Assembly (NCBI GenBank): GCA_902796825.1 | Contig: CADBQQ010000053.1 | Location: forward strand, 1-46,371 | Direction of reading: 5' to 3' | From: an uncultured bacterium | Lineage (GTDB): Bacteria; Cyanobacteriota; Vampirovibrionia; Gastranaerophilales; Gastranaerophilaceae | Length of the DNA stretch: 46,371 nucleotides | In this document: positions 1 through 7,892 of the stretch, in pieces | How positions within the stretch are numbered: the first letter of the stretch is position 1 | Layout: every line of letters begins with the position of its first letter | Translations under genes and position numbers: made by a program | Notes under the pieces: model-generated | Told to the model about the DNA's origin: nothing | The model's database searches: none | What the model saw: only the letters and a program-made list of their open reading frames with translations

Positions 1-45
1 AAATGAACTTATTCACTTAATCACTTATTACCTTATTCACTTATC
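1..45. repeat. Partial TAAGT-core octamer-repeat element. Only the right arm (ACTTAWTC-type units) is present; the rest is cut by the window edge.
   Basis: GAACTTATTC ACTTAATC ACTTATTA CCTTATTC ACTTATC read directly. It has the same AAATGAACTTA junction and unit as the right arms at 8995-9020 and 29911-29950. It lies directly 3' of the stop of the 46..888 gene. Confidence 0.7.
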
Positions 46-888
46 TTACAGACTCATATAATAATCTTTTAAAATCTTTGTATCTGTTTCAATATTAGGA
101 CTCTCGCAAACAAGTGCGCCTTTTACTCCGAAAGATTTTAAAGCTTTCAATAAATCCTTATAATTCATATCCGCTTCAGAAAAAATAAGATGTCGTTTTT
201 CTCCTTTTGCGCTATATTCAATTCCTGCTAAATGCGCGTGGAAATTGTCAATAGCTTTTTGCCCGAGTTCAGTGCTTATACGATCTAAAATTTTGCAGAA
301 TTCGTCATAGGTGTTGTATTCTCCACCTGTTCTGGCATGAACATGAGAAAAATCTACACAAGGCAAAACAATGTCAAACTCTTTAGAAAGCCGGATTATT
401 TCTTCGTAATCGCCCCATTGAGTTGCTTTCCCCGTTGTTTCGGGTCTAATCCATACATTAATTTTGTTTTTTTCCAGTATATCAATTATTTTTTGTGTTT
501 GAGTTTTAACTTGTTGATAAACAGTTTCTTTATCACCTCCCATATAAAAAGCTGCGTGATACGTTATGCTGTAGCCACCAAAATCACTTGCTGCTTGAGC
601 GGTTTCGACGATTCTTTGAACACTTGCCTCAACTTTTTCTTCTTCTTTGGAATTTAAATTGATATAGAACGGTCCGTGAGAAGTTAATAAAAACCCTTTT
701 TCCTGTGTAATATGTTTCAAAAATTTTCGTGTATCATCTGACATACGAACACCGTGAACAAATTCAACTTCCAGTCCGTCAAGTCCCATATTTTCAAGAA
801 CTTTGAATGCTCCGTCATAACCCGTGTTACGTGGAGTACAAAGCGGAATTCCCGCTGTCAAAAAATTTAATTTATCTGTTGTTATCAT
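46..888 (-). CDS. Endonuclease IV-like, xylose-isomerase-like TIM-barrel protein (AP endonuclease family 2)
   Basis: ORF 46..918. Segments HGPFYINL, RPETTGK, CVDFSHVHA and FHAHL..GEKRHL resemble Endo IV metal-binding segments. I moved the start to ATG 888 because TGcTATAAT sits 6 nt upstream and no SD precedes either start. Confidence 0.7.
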   Translation of the reverse strand: MITTDKLNFLTAGIPLCTPRNTGYDGAFKVLENMGLDGLEVEFVHGVRMSDDTRKFLKHITQEKGFLLTSHGPFYINLNSKEEEKVEASVQRIVETAQAASDFGGYSITYHAAFYMGGDKETVYQQVKTQTQKIIDILEKNKINVWIRPETTGKATQWGDYEEIIRLSKEFDIVLPCVDFSHVHARTGGEYNTYDEFCKILDRISTELGQKAIDNFHAHLAGIEYSAKGEKRHLIFSEADMNYKDLLKALKSFGVKGALVCESPNIETDTKILKDYYMSL

Positions 889-894
889 TTTTTC

Positions 895-903
895 ATTATA
901 GCA
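895..903 (-). promoter_or_regulatory. Extended -10 (TGcTATAAT) placed 6 nt upstream of ATG 888; candidate leaderless promoter
   Basis: Minus-sense read is cgTGcTATAATgaaaaaATG, with no SD. Confidence 0.5.
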
Positions 904-943
904 CGAAAATTTCAACACAAAAGCAGAAATATTTTTAATATAT

Positions 944-972
944 TAGACAGTTGTGCAGGTATTTGTTATAAT
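944..972 (+). promoter_or_regulatory. Near-consensus sigma-70 promoter, TAGACA-N17-TGtTATAAT
   Basis: TAGACA at 944-949, 17-nt spacer, TG at 964-965 and TATAAT at 967-972. It points into a stretch the ORF track leaves unannotated. Confidence 0.55.
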
Positions 973-1054
973 TAACGTTAAGGGTAGTATCACCAACCTT
1001 TGCCCACACACGTATTTTACTAAGAAATCGGTGGTAGAAAAGGACGGTAAAGCT

Positions 1055-1120
1055 ATGATTGACAAAACAATAATGCTACTCGTAGCATTAACTTTGCTCG
1101 TAGTAGCATTAAAACTATAG
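1055..1120 (+). CDS. Candidate 21-aa hydrophobic peptide MIDKTIMLLVALTLLVVALKL; alternatively a small structured RNA
   Basis: ATG 1055 with AAGGA about 10 nt upstream and the promoter at 944-972 about 80 nt upstream. The peptide looks like a single TM helix. The DNA also contains the hairpin ATGCTActcgTAGCAT and a direct repeat CTCGTAGCATTAA, so coding is uncertain. Confidence 0.3.
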   Translation: MIDKTIMLLVALTLLVVALKL

Positions 1121-1226
1121 TCATCATAGGGTATACTAAGTGAAGTCCTAAGGAAGTCACATTTTCTTAGGGCTTCCCCCTATATGCATATTATTTACTA
1201 TTTTTAATAATTTGTCAACCCTTGTG

Positions 1227-1637
1227 TCAATCTCTTATATAGAATAGTGAATTTGCAAGAAGTTTTGTCGGATTGTCTTTTGAATATACTTGCATTACAT
1301 AAGCTCCTGTTTCACGGAAAACAATATAATCAGTGTAGTAATGAACCATTTCATCACGCATTTTGACTTGACGCGCCCAGACTGTTTCATAGCCAAGTCT
1401 TTCATTAGCGCCCATTTTCATTATTTTGATATAGAGTCTTTGTGTGTATATTTTTTTAGGCAGAGTGACTAAATAATAAATTCGCTCGTTAGGTTTGAAA
1501 ACATTGGAGTTATTAACAATCGTTTCTGTGCTAAAGGGATGTTTATTATAGAAAACTTGCACTTTTTCGCTGTCGCATGCGCAGGTAAATAATAAAACAA
1601 TAAAAAATAGTAGGAATAATATTGTTTTTTTCATCAT
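1227..1637 (-). CDS. Putative lipoprotein, function unknown
   Basis: N-terminus MMKKTILFLLFFIVLLFTCAC has a signal peptide with lipobox-like LFTC. Its start overlaps the TPR gene stop (ATGATGA), which implies translational coupling. Confidence 0.65.
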   Translation of the reverse strand: MMKKTILFLLFFIVLLFTCACDSEKVQVFYNKHPFSTETIVNNSNVFKPNERIYYLVTLPKKIYTQRLYIKIMKMGANERLGYETVWARQVKMRDEMVHYYTDYIVFRETGAYVMQVYSKDNPTKLLANSLFYIRD

Positions 1638-3724
1638 TTTTGAAGTTGTTTAATTTTTTCTTGAATATTTGTTATAAGTTCTTTGTCGTTATTGTGTTTG
1701 ATAAATAACTTATAATTTTTTACGGCATCTTCAATTTTGCCTTGATGTTCAAGAGCCATAGCCAATGCGTAATATGCATAACCAAAATTGTAGTCGTTAT
1801 CGAGCTCTATGACTTTTTCAAAGCTTTTTTGAGATTCAATCAGGTTGTTGTCGTTTGCATAAGCCAATCCCAAATTAAACCATCCGTCTGTATAATCAGG
1901 ATTTACTATAATTGACTTTTGATAATAGTTAACTGCTTTTGTATTATCTTCTTTTAATTTGTAGATGTTTCCGATTTTTAAAAGAGTTACTGCGTCATTA
2001 GGTACAAGCTGTAGTGCGTCTTGATAATTCTTTACTGCAGCATCATAATTTTTTTCTTTGTAGTTTTTGTCGCCCTCAAGAATGAAATCTTCATTTTTTT
2101 TCATTGTAACTTCGGATTTTTTCGGCGGATTATTTGCAGATTGTGTATTGTCCATAGAAAGACTTATGGACGGTAATTCTCCTGTTGCACCTAAAGTTGT
2201 TTGAACGGTTGTTTTTGGAGTATAAAGTGATGAAATGAAATCACTGTATTCCGCGCTGTATAAAGTCTTGTCAGGATTTATTGCAATAGCTTTTTCATAG
2301 TTTTCGGAAGCTTTTGTATTGTTGCCGTCTGCTCGATATGCTTTTGCCAGCCCGTAATATACATAACCGTCTTTGTAGCCGGATTTTATAGCTGTTTTGA
2401 AATCTTCAATTGCACCTTCGTAATTTTCTTGTTCAATGCGCTCATGTCCGCGTGAGACAAGGGCATTGTTAAGGTTATCTTTTACGGCTTTTTCACTTTT
2501 TGCCGTAAGGAGTTCTTTGTATAATTCTATTGATTCATCGTATTGTTTTAGAGCGTGTAATGCCAATGCTTTGTTGAATTTGATGTTATAATCGTCAGGC
2601 TGTACTTCAAGTACTTCGTTGTAGTATTTTATTGCATTTTCAAAGTCTTTTTTGTTGTGGTAGCAGTTAGCAATATCTTTTTTGTAGTCTATATTGCTGC
2701 TATCTTTTGTCAATGCTATGGCGTAATTTTCTATTGCTTTGTCGTAATTTTTTAAATCTTTGTATACGGAGGCAATATTTGCATACCCTTTAACATCATT
2801 AGGGAAAGCTTTTATGTACATATTGTACTGCTCGATTGCTTCGGTATTTTTTTGCATGTCTGCAAGTAAATTAGCATAATCAAGTCTTACTGTATTCAAG
2901 TTAGGTATTTTTTTTAAAACTATTTGGTATTGATTGTAAGAATCCTCGTTTCTTCCTAAATCTTGATATGCCTGCGCAAGCCCTAAATGAGCAGAATCAT
3001 TATCAGCATCAAGCTCAATTGCTTTTTCTAAAATTTCTACTGATTTTTCAGGTACATCAGAATTTAAAAGCGCGATGCCGTATTGCGCGTATCTTTTAAA
3101 AGATTCAGGATTTTTGTTGTAAACCTGTTGATACTGTTTTGCGGCATTGGCATAATCCTTTACCGCAAGATAAGAGTCTGCCAAGTTTTCGCGAGACTCT
3201 GCGTGTCCTGAATACGTTTCGAGAAACAAATTATAATCTTTGATTGCTTCTTTGTAATTTTTCAGTTGGTAATTTACGTTACCTAAATTTAAGTAGTTAT
3301 ATTTGTATTCCGGAAAAATGTCCAGAGCCTTGTTATAAGCTTCCAGTGCCTCATTATATTTCCCGCGATTTTCGTATATGTTTCCTATGCTTATATATAT
3401 AAAAGCATCTTCAGGATTTAAATCAATAACTTTTTTATAGATTTCAAGAGCTTTGTCATAATCGTCGATTTCGGTGTATATGCCTGCAAGCTTAGTGTAT
3501 AACATAACGTCAGGCCCTGAGTCTGCAATTGCTTGCTCAAGTTTTGATATTGCTTCTTTTAAATCCTGCTGGTGTTCGGCAGTGCATGCTTCTTGATACA
3601 ATCTGCTTGCGTTAGGACTCATTTTTGCTTCACAAGGCAAAGCTGTAAATGCAAATGATGATACTAAGATTGTTATTAATAATTTTTGTTTTATATTCAT
3701 ATTCCTAAATCTCTTTAATGACAT
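1634..3724 (-). CDS. Secreted tetratricopeptide (TPR) repeat protein
   Basis: 696-aa ORF with many 34-aa repeats of the type Y..LG..Y...G.Y..AI..Y..AL...P. It has an N-terminal signal-like segment KLLITILVSSFAFTALPCEA. The start could instead be ATG 3700. Confidence 0.85.
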   Translation of the reverse strand: MSLKRFRNMNIKQKLLITILVSSFAFTALPCEAKMSPNASRLYQEACTAEHQQDLKEAISKLEQAIADSGPDVMLYTKLAGIYTEIDDYDKALEIYKKVIDLNPEDAFIYISIGNIYENRGKYNEALEAYNKALDIFPEYKYNYLNLGNVNYQLKNYKEAIKDYNLFLETYSGHAESRENLADSYLAVKDYANAAKQYQQVYNKNPESFKRYAQYGIALLNSDVPEKSVEILEKAIELDADNDSAHLGLAQAYQDLGRNEDSYNQYQIVLKKIPNLNTVRLDYANLLADMQKNTEAIEQYNMYIKAFPNDVKGYANIASVYKDLKNYDKAIENYAIALTKDSSNIDYKKDIANCYHNKKDFENAIKYYNEVLEVQPDDYNIKFNKALALHALKQYDESIELYKELLTAKSEKAVKDNLNNALVSRGHERIEQENYEGAIEDFKTAIKSGYKDGYVYYGLAKAYRADGNNTKASENYEKAIAINPDKTLYSAEYSDFISSLYTPKTTVQTTLGATGELPSISLSMDNTQSANNPPKKSEVTMKKNEDFILEGDKNYKEKNYDAAVKNYQDALQLVPNDAVTLLKIGNIYKLKEDNTKAVNYYQKSIIVNPDYTDGWFNLGLAYANDNNLIESQKSFEKVIELDNDYNFGYAYYALAMALEHQGKIEDAVKNYKLFIKHNNDKELITNIQEKIKQLQK

Positions 3725-4066
3725 TTTAACACGAAATTCTGGTTATGCAAAAAAAGATGTGTTGTCAAATTTTATTATATGCAAAAGTGTAAATAAGTTC
3801 ATTGTTCTATAATTTTTGTAAAAATTATAATAAAAATTTTACAAAAATTATGAATAGTGTGAGAAGATATGCATAAGCTGAATGCAATAATATAAGCATG
3901 TTTCATCCGTTTAATCTTTTCAAAATTATATATTTGCGTCCGGCAAAATTTTGCCAAAATTTTAGTCTAAAGTGCGTGAATTTATAAAAACAAAATTACT
4001 TAATAAAATTTTACAATCCAAAACCCTTGTATTTTGGCAAAAAAATCAGATTTCGTGTTTTATAAC

Positions 4067-4095
4067 TGGAAAAGTTATTACAATTGTGGTATAAT
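4067..4095 (+). promoter_or_regulatory. Extended -10 promoter (TGGAAA-N17-TATAAT with a TGg extension upstream of the hexamer) for the 53-aa ORF
   Basis: TG at 4087-4088 and TATAAT at 4090-4095, with a weak -35 TGGAAA at 4067-4072. Confidence 0.5.
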
Positions 4096-4148
4096 TTAAC
4101 CTGTAAATGGGGTCGAAAATAACTTAAGTTGTAAAAGGAGTAGGTTCT

Positions 4149-4310
4149 ATGGTAACAGCAGTTTCTTCAGAGAAAAAAGTGAAAAAAGTTAAATCACCCT
4201 TTATGGATGAATTTGAAGCTTACTTGAAAAATCAATGTGCAAAGACAACTTTTAACGGTACCGAACTTGAATCATTTTCCTGGTACAAAAAAGTGTTAGG
4301 GCTCGTTTAA
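4149..4310 (+). CDS. Small 53-aa protein (MVTAVSSEKKVKKVKSPFMDEFEAYLKNQCAKTTFNGTELESFSWYKKVLGLV), unknown function; below the ORF-track length cutoff
   Basis: AAAGGAG SD sits 8 nt upstream of ATG 4149. There is an upstream extended -10 promoter and a downstream intrinsic terminator at 4335-4366. Confidence 0.55.
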   Translation: MVTAVSSEKKVKKVKSPFMDEFEAYLKNQCAKTTFNGTELESFSWYKKVLGLV

Positions 4311-4317
4311 CTTTATT

Positions 4318-4623
4318 TTACAATTTTTTTACTAAAAAATCGGCAAGTGTTTTGTGCCGATTTTTTATGTCTATTTGAGTTAACAAGCAATTTTTATTTT
4401 TTATGCCGGATTTTTCTCTTTTTAGAAACAATTCGCTTTGCAATGTGCCGGCATCAAGCACATATTTGTCAAGTTTGGTGCTGACAAGTTCAAGCAAATT
4501 CTCAATATCCCTTTTGTCTGCGGGGTCATATTCATTTTTTATGGCTTGCTTGAGAATAGTTATGCTGCTTCTAATTTCGTCCATGCTCTCCCGTAAATCA
4601 GTAAATTTGTCCTCAGGTGTCAT
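4318..4623 (-). CDS. Hypothetical helical 101-aa protein
   Basis: AAAGGAG SD lies 7 nt upstream of ATG 4623. I recognise no family. Confidence 0.6.
   Translation of the reverse strand: MTPEDKFTDLRESMDEIRSSITILKQAIKNEYDPADKRDIENLLELVSTKLDKYVLDAGTLQSELFLKREKSGIKNKNCLLTQIDIKNRHKTLADFLVKKL
4335..4366. terminator. Bidirectional intrinsic terminator hairpin
   Basis: AAAAATCGGCA-agtgttttg-TGCCGATTTTT, an 11-bp stem with A and T runs on either side. It lies inside the last ~15 codons of the convergent 4318..4623 ORF. Confidence 0.65.
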
Positions 4624-4722
4624 TTTTGTTCTCCTTTATAAATTTATGTTACACATATATGTCCGTATAGCAAAATATTAGTCCATATAATAAAAGATGT
4701 CAACATATAGAAAACAAATTCA

Positions 4723-4728
4723 TAGAAT
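4723..4728 (+). promoter_or_regulatory. -10-like TAGAAT placed 6 nt upstream of ATG 4735; candidate leaderless promoter
   Basis: catTAGAATaatcttATG, with no SD and TCAACA 17 nt upstream. Confidence 0.4.
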
Positions 4729-4734
4729 AATCTT

Positions 4735-4938
4735 ATGATTGAAAACAATATATCAACTCTCATAGGGAAAAGAAGAATGACTGTAGCAGAAACAGCAAGA
4801 TTAGCTAAATTGAAATATACTACAGTACAAAATCTATACAATGACAAAACAAAGGGCATAGATTTCAAGACTATGAACGGTCTGTGTTTTGCTCTTGATT
4901 GCACTCCGGGTGACTTGTTTACATATATTCCGGATTAA
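4735..4938 (+). CDS. Small XRE/Cro-type HTH transcriptional regulator (YozG-like)
   Basis: 67 aa. MTVAETARLAKLKYTTVQNLYNDKTKGIDFKTMNGLCFALDCTPGDLFTY is a typical short Cro/C1 HTH. Confidence 0.85.
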   Translation: MIENNISTLIGKRRMTVAETARLAKLKYTTVQNLYNDKTKGIDFKTMNGLCFALDCTPGDLFTYIPD

Positions 4939-4950
4939 GTATTTGCCTGA

Positions 4951-5823
4951 TTACTTTTGGAATACAAATATATACTCGTGGTTAAAGATTGAAAATCCGC
5001 CGGCAAGCGCTCTATAGCGCCATAGATTTGCGGTGCGGCCTTTTGCGCGTTCATTGCCGTTTATATCTTTAACAATTGTTGATTTCAATTTAAATCCGAG
5101 TTTGCGCATTCTATTCATACATTCAAAGCCAAGCGGTTGAACTTCGGAATTTTTGTAGCTGTCGCCGATTATAAGACACGCAAAACGGCCTTTTTCCAGC
5201 AAATCATAACCGTTTTTGGCAACTTTTTCAAACATATCATAAAATTCTTCTGTTGTTGCGCAGTTCGACAAATCTTCTTTTTTGTCCGAAAACTTGATAA
5301 TATCGTCATAAGGCGGATGAAGCATCAAGAATTGTGCTTTTTCTTCCCCCATAATTTCAAGTCTTGCCTGAACTTTTTCTACGGCATCTTTGCTTGTTGA
5401 ATCCGAGCAAATAATATTTACGTCAGTTACGAGTTGTTTTGGAGTGAATTTTTGGCTTACGCTGTCAACTAAATCTTGTTTTAATTCAACACCAATGCAA
5501 CGTCTATTCATATTGATTGCTTCAATACCGGACGTTCCTGAACCAAAGAACATATCAAGAACTATATCATTTTTCTTTGTATAGCGCTCATACATTTGCT
5601 GGGCAATTTGGGGAATATAATTGCCGTGATATTCGTTAGAATGTCCGTGTTCTTTCAACCTTGCAGGGAATAGCCACAGGGAATTTGTGATTACGTGAGC
5701 GTAATCTTTCCAACGATTAAGATTTATATCGCTATATTTAGTGGTTTTAATATTTGGAGTTTGAACAACTCTTAGGTCTGCTTTTTTTTGCGGTTTTAAC
5801 TTGGTATTTGATAATCTTGCCAA
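4951..5823 (-). CDS. SAM-dependent N6-adenine/N4-cytosine-type methyltransferase, apparently orphan
   Basis: Motif I-like VLDMFFGSGTSG comes first, then motif IV-like LHPPYDD, and the C-terminus is NHEYIFVFQK. I see no recognisable restriction endonuclease next to it. Confidence 0.8.
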   Translation of the reverse strand: MARLSNTKLKPQKKADLRVVQTPNIKTTKYSDINLNRWKDYAHVITNSLWLFPARLKEHGHSNEYHGNYIPQIAQQMYERYTKKNDIVLDMFFGSGTSGIEAINMNRRCIGVELKQDLVDSVSQKFTPKQLVTDVNIICSDSTSKDAVEKVQARLEIMGEEKAQFLMLHPPYDDIIKFSDKKEDLSNCATTEEFYDMFEKVAKNGYDLLEKGRFACLIIGDSYKNSEVQPLGFECMNRMRKLGFKLKSTIVKDINGNERAKGRTANLWRYRALAGGFSIFNHEYIFVFQK

Positions 5824-5940
5824 AATGCCTCCTCACCGGACTATTCGTCTACTGTTCAATCCTATTAAAATTTGAAACATTTGTAATCAAACATTTGAAG
5901 TATTTTGTGCTAAAATAGTCGTAGATATATAGGATGATTT

Positions 5941-7725
5941 ATGGCAAGAATTAAACAATTATCTAAACATTTAATCAATCAAATAGCTGCCGGAGAAGTT
6001 ATTGAACGACCTGCGTCGGTAGTGAAAGAATTAACTGAAAATTCAATAGATGCGGGAGCTTCGAGGGTGAGTATAGATATTGATAACGAGTGTCGTGACA
6101 TTCGTGTTGCGGATAACGGCTCAGGGATACATCCTGACGATATTTTGCTTGCTTTTTCTAAACATGCAACAAGTAAAATTCAGCAGGATGATGATTTGTT
6201 TGATATTCATACTTTTGGTTTCCGAGGGGAAGCTCTTGCCAGTATAATTTCAATCTCAAAAGTAACGTGTATTACCCGCACAAAAGATTTTGAAACCGGT
6301 ACAAAAGTTCACTGTGAAAATTCCGAAGTTAACCAGACCGAAACAGGTTGTGCTGTCGGAACAATTATGGAGGTTAAAGATTTATTCTATAACTTGCCTG
6401 TGCGCTTAAAATTTTTAAAAAGTTCAAACACAGAATTTTCTTATATTCAAGAAATTGTTCAAGGGATTGCGCTTTCTCATCCGGAGGTTTCAATTGAACT
6501 GAAAAAACAGGGCAAAACAATGCTCAAAACTACAGGGCAAAACAATTTGACTCAAACAATTAAAGAAGTATATTCTTCAGATGTTACGAATAATTTGAAA
6601 GAAGTTTTGCGAACGGATGAACTCGCAGGGTTAAAAATCAGCGGTTTTGTCAGCACTCCTGACTATACGCGTTCAAGCAAAAAAAGTTACCATACGTATA
6701 TAAATTCTCGCGCGGTGAAATGTCCTGTTTTCCAAAAGGCGATAGATATGGTTTACAGAAACTTGACTGCAAGTAATAAATATCCTTTTGTTGTCTTAAA
6801 TTTAGAAATTCCTCCTCATGATGTTGATGTAAATGTTCATCCGACAAAAAAAGAAGTTCGATACAAAAATCCAAATCAGATATTTAATTTTATTTATACA
6901 GCTGTTCAAGGCGGATTGTCGAATTACGTTGAGCATTCATCTCCGTCTAATGTATCAGGATTTTATTCTCCTGCCCCAAAAAAGGAAACGGAACAAGAAC
7001 ACAACAATACTGTAATTCAATTCCCAACACGTCAAAAAGATGTATATATAGACGAGAATTCTGATACTATGTATGTGCCGCAAAATGTTATGGCTGAATT
7101 TGAGCCTATAAAACCTCAGCAGCATAGTCAGCAGATAATGTTTACACCTCCGGTTGAGCAAGAGGAGCCGTTAAAAGATAAGATTATAGGGCAGTACAAA
7201 GACACATATATCTTGATTGAGACCGATGATGGACTTGAAATTGTTGATCAGCATATTGCGGAAGAACGGTACAATTATGAAAAATTAATCAATGATAAAA
7301 ATATCGTTTCTCAAATGCTATTTGTCTCTGATGTAATCAGTGTTTCGTCAAGTGAAGCAGAACTTATCAAAGAAAATATTGCAAAATTTGAACGTTTCGG
7401 TTACGGAATAGAGTTCACAGGGGGAAACGAGATTGTTTTCCGTAAAGTTCCTCAAATGCTTGCCAAAGTAAATCCTAAAGATATAATGGCAGATATTCTT
7501 GAAAATATTGAGGGGGATTTGAATAATTTAGAAGAACGTATTTTACGTACGACAGCATGCAAGGCTTCGGTGAAGGCGAATACACCGCTTTCTATCTGGC
7601 AAATGCAAGAGATTATTAAAAAATGGCGTACGACAAAAATGCCTTACACCTGCCCGCACGGCAGACCGATTTGCCATACAATACCTCATAAAGAACTTGC
7701 AGGATTTTTCCAAAGAGCAAAGTAG
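5941..7725 (+). CDS. mutL: DNA mismatch repair protein MutL
   Basis: N-terminal GHKL ATPase motifs (ELTENSIDAGA, DNGSGI, FGFRGEALASI) and a C-terminal dimerisation domain with CPHGRP. Confidence 0.95.
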   Translation: MARIKQLSKHLINQIAAGEVIERPASVVKELTENSIDAGASRVSIDIDNECRDIRVADNGSGIHPDDILLAFSKHATSKIQQDDDLFDIHTFGFRGEALASIISISKVTCITRTKDFETGTKVHCENSEVNQTETGCAVGTIMEVKDLFYNLPVRLKFLKSSNTEFSYIQEIVQGIALSHPEVSIELKKQGKTMLKTTGQNNLTQTIKEVYSSDVTNNLKEVLRTDELAGLKISGFVSTPDYTRSSKKSYHTYINSRAVKCPVFQKAIDMVYRNLTASNKYPFVVLNLEIPPHDVDVNVHPTKKEVRYKNPNQIFNFIYTAVQGGLSNYVEHSSPSNVSGFYSPAPKKETEQEHNNTVIQFPTRQKDVYIDENSDTMYVPQNVMAEFEPIKPQQHSQQIMFTPPVEQEEPLKDKIIGQYKDTYILIETDDGLEIVDQHIAEERYNYEKLINDKNIVSQMLFVSDVISVSSSEAELIKENIAKFERFGYGIEFTGGNEIVFRKVPQMLAKVNPKDIMADILENIEGDLNNLEERILRTTACKASVKANTPLSIWQMQEIIKKWRTTKMPYTCPHGRPICHTIPHKELAGFFQRAK

Positions 7726-7739
7726 GCACAAGGGAGCAA

Positions 7740-7892
7740 TTAAGTTTTTAAGTCGTTGAGACGTTAAGTCGCTAAGTCGTTGAGTCGTTAAGTTCAGTAC
7801 GGTGCTTGCGCACAAATAATTTAGCCTATTTAGCCTGTAGGGCTGAAAAGAACTTATAGACTTAACGTCTTAACGTCCCATAGTCTTATCGT
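7740..7892. repeat. TAAGT-core octamer inverted-repeat element, CG variant
   Basis: Left arm 7740-7795 has 7 tandem units TTAAGTCG-like. Right arm 7852-7891+ has units ACTTAACG/TCTTAACG-like, which are the reverse complement. The central ~55 bp contains TTTAGCCT x2 and GGGCTGAAAAG. It lies between convergent mutL and the ROK kinase and overlaps the kinase's last 7 codons and stop. Confidence 0.85.

Noticed and set aside
337-657. 106-aa plus-strand ORF inside the Endo IV-like gene
   Set aside because: It is entirely antisense to a well-supported gene. It has no SD and a low-complexity F/I/L/C-rich translation typical of shadow ORFs in AT-rich DNA.
4403-4904. ORFs 4403..4681 (+) and 4644..4904 (-)
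   Set aside because: They overlap the better-supported 101-aa gene (strong SD) and the HTH gene on opposite strands. Their translations are hydrophobic and low-complexity, and they have no SDs.
4951-5823. A complete restriction-modification system
   Set aside because: No ORF with nuclease-like motifs or adequate size flanks the methyltransferase. I report it as orphan or unknown instead.
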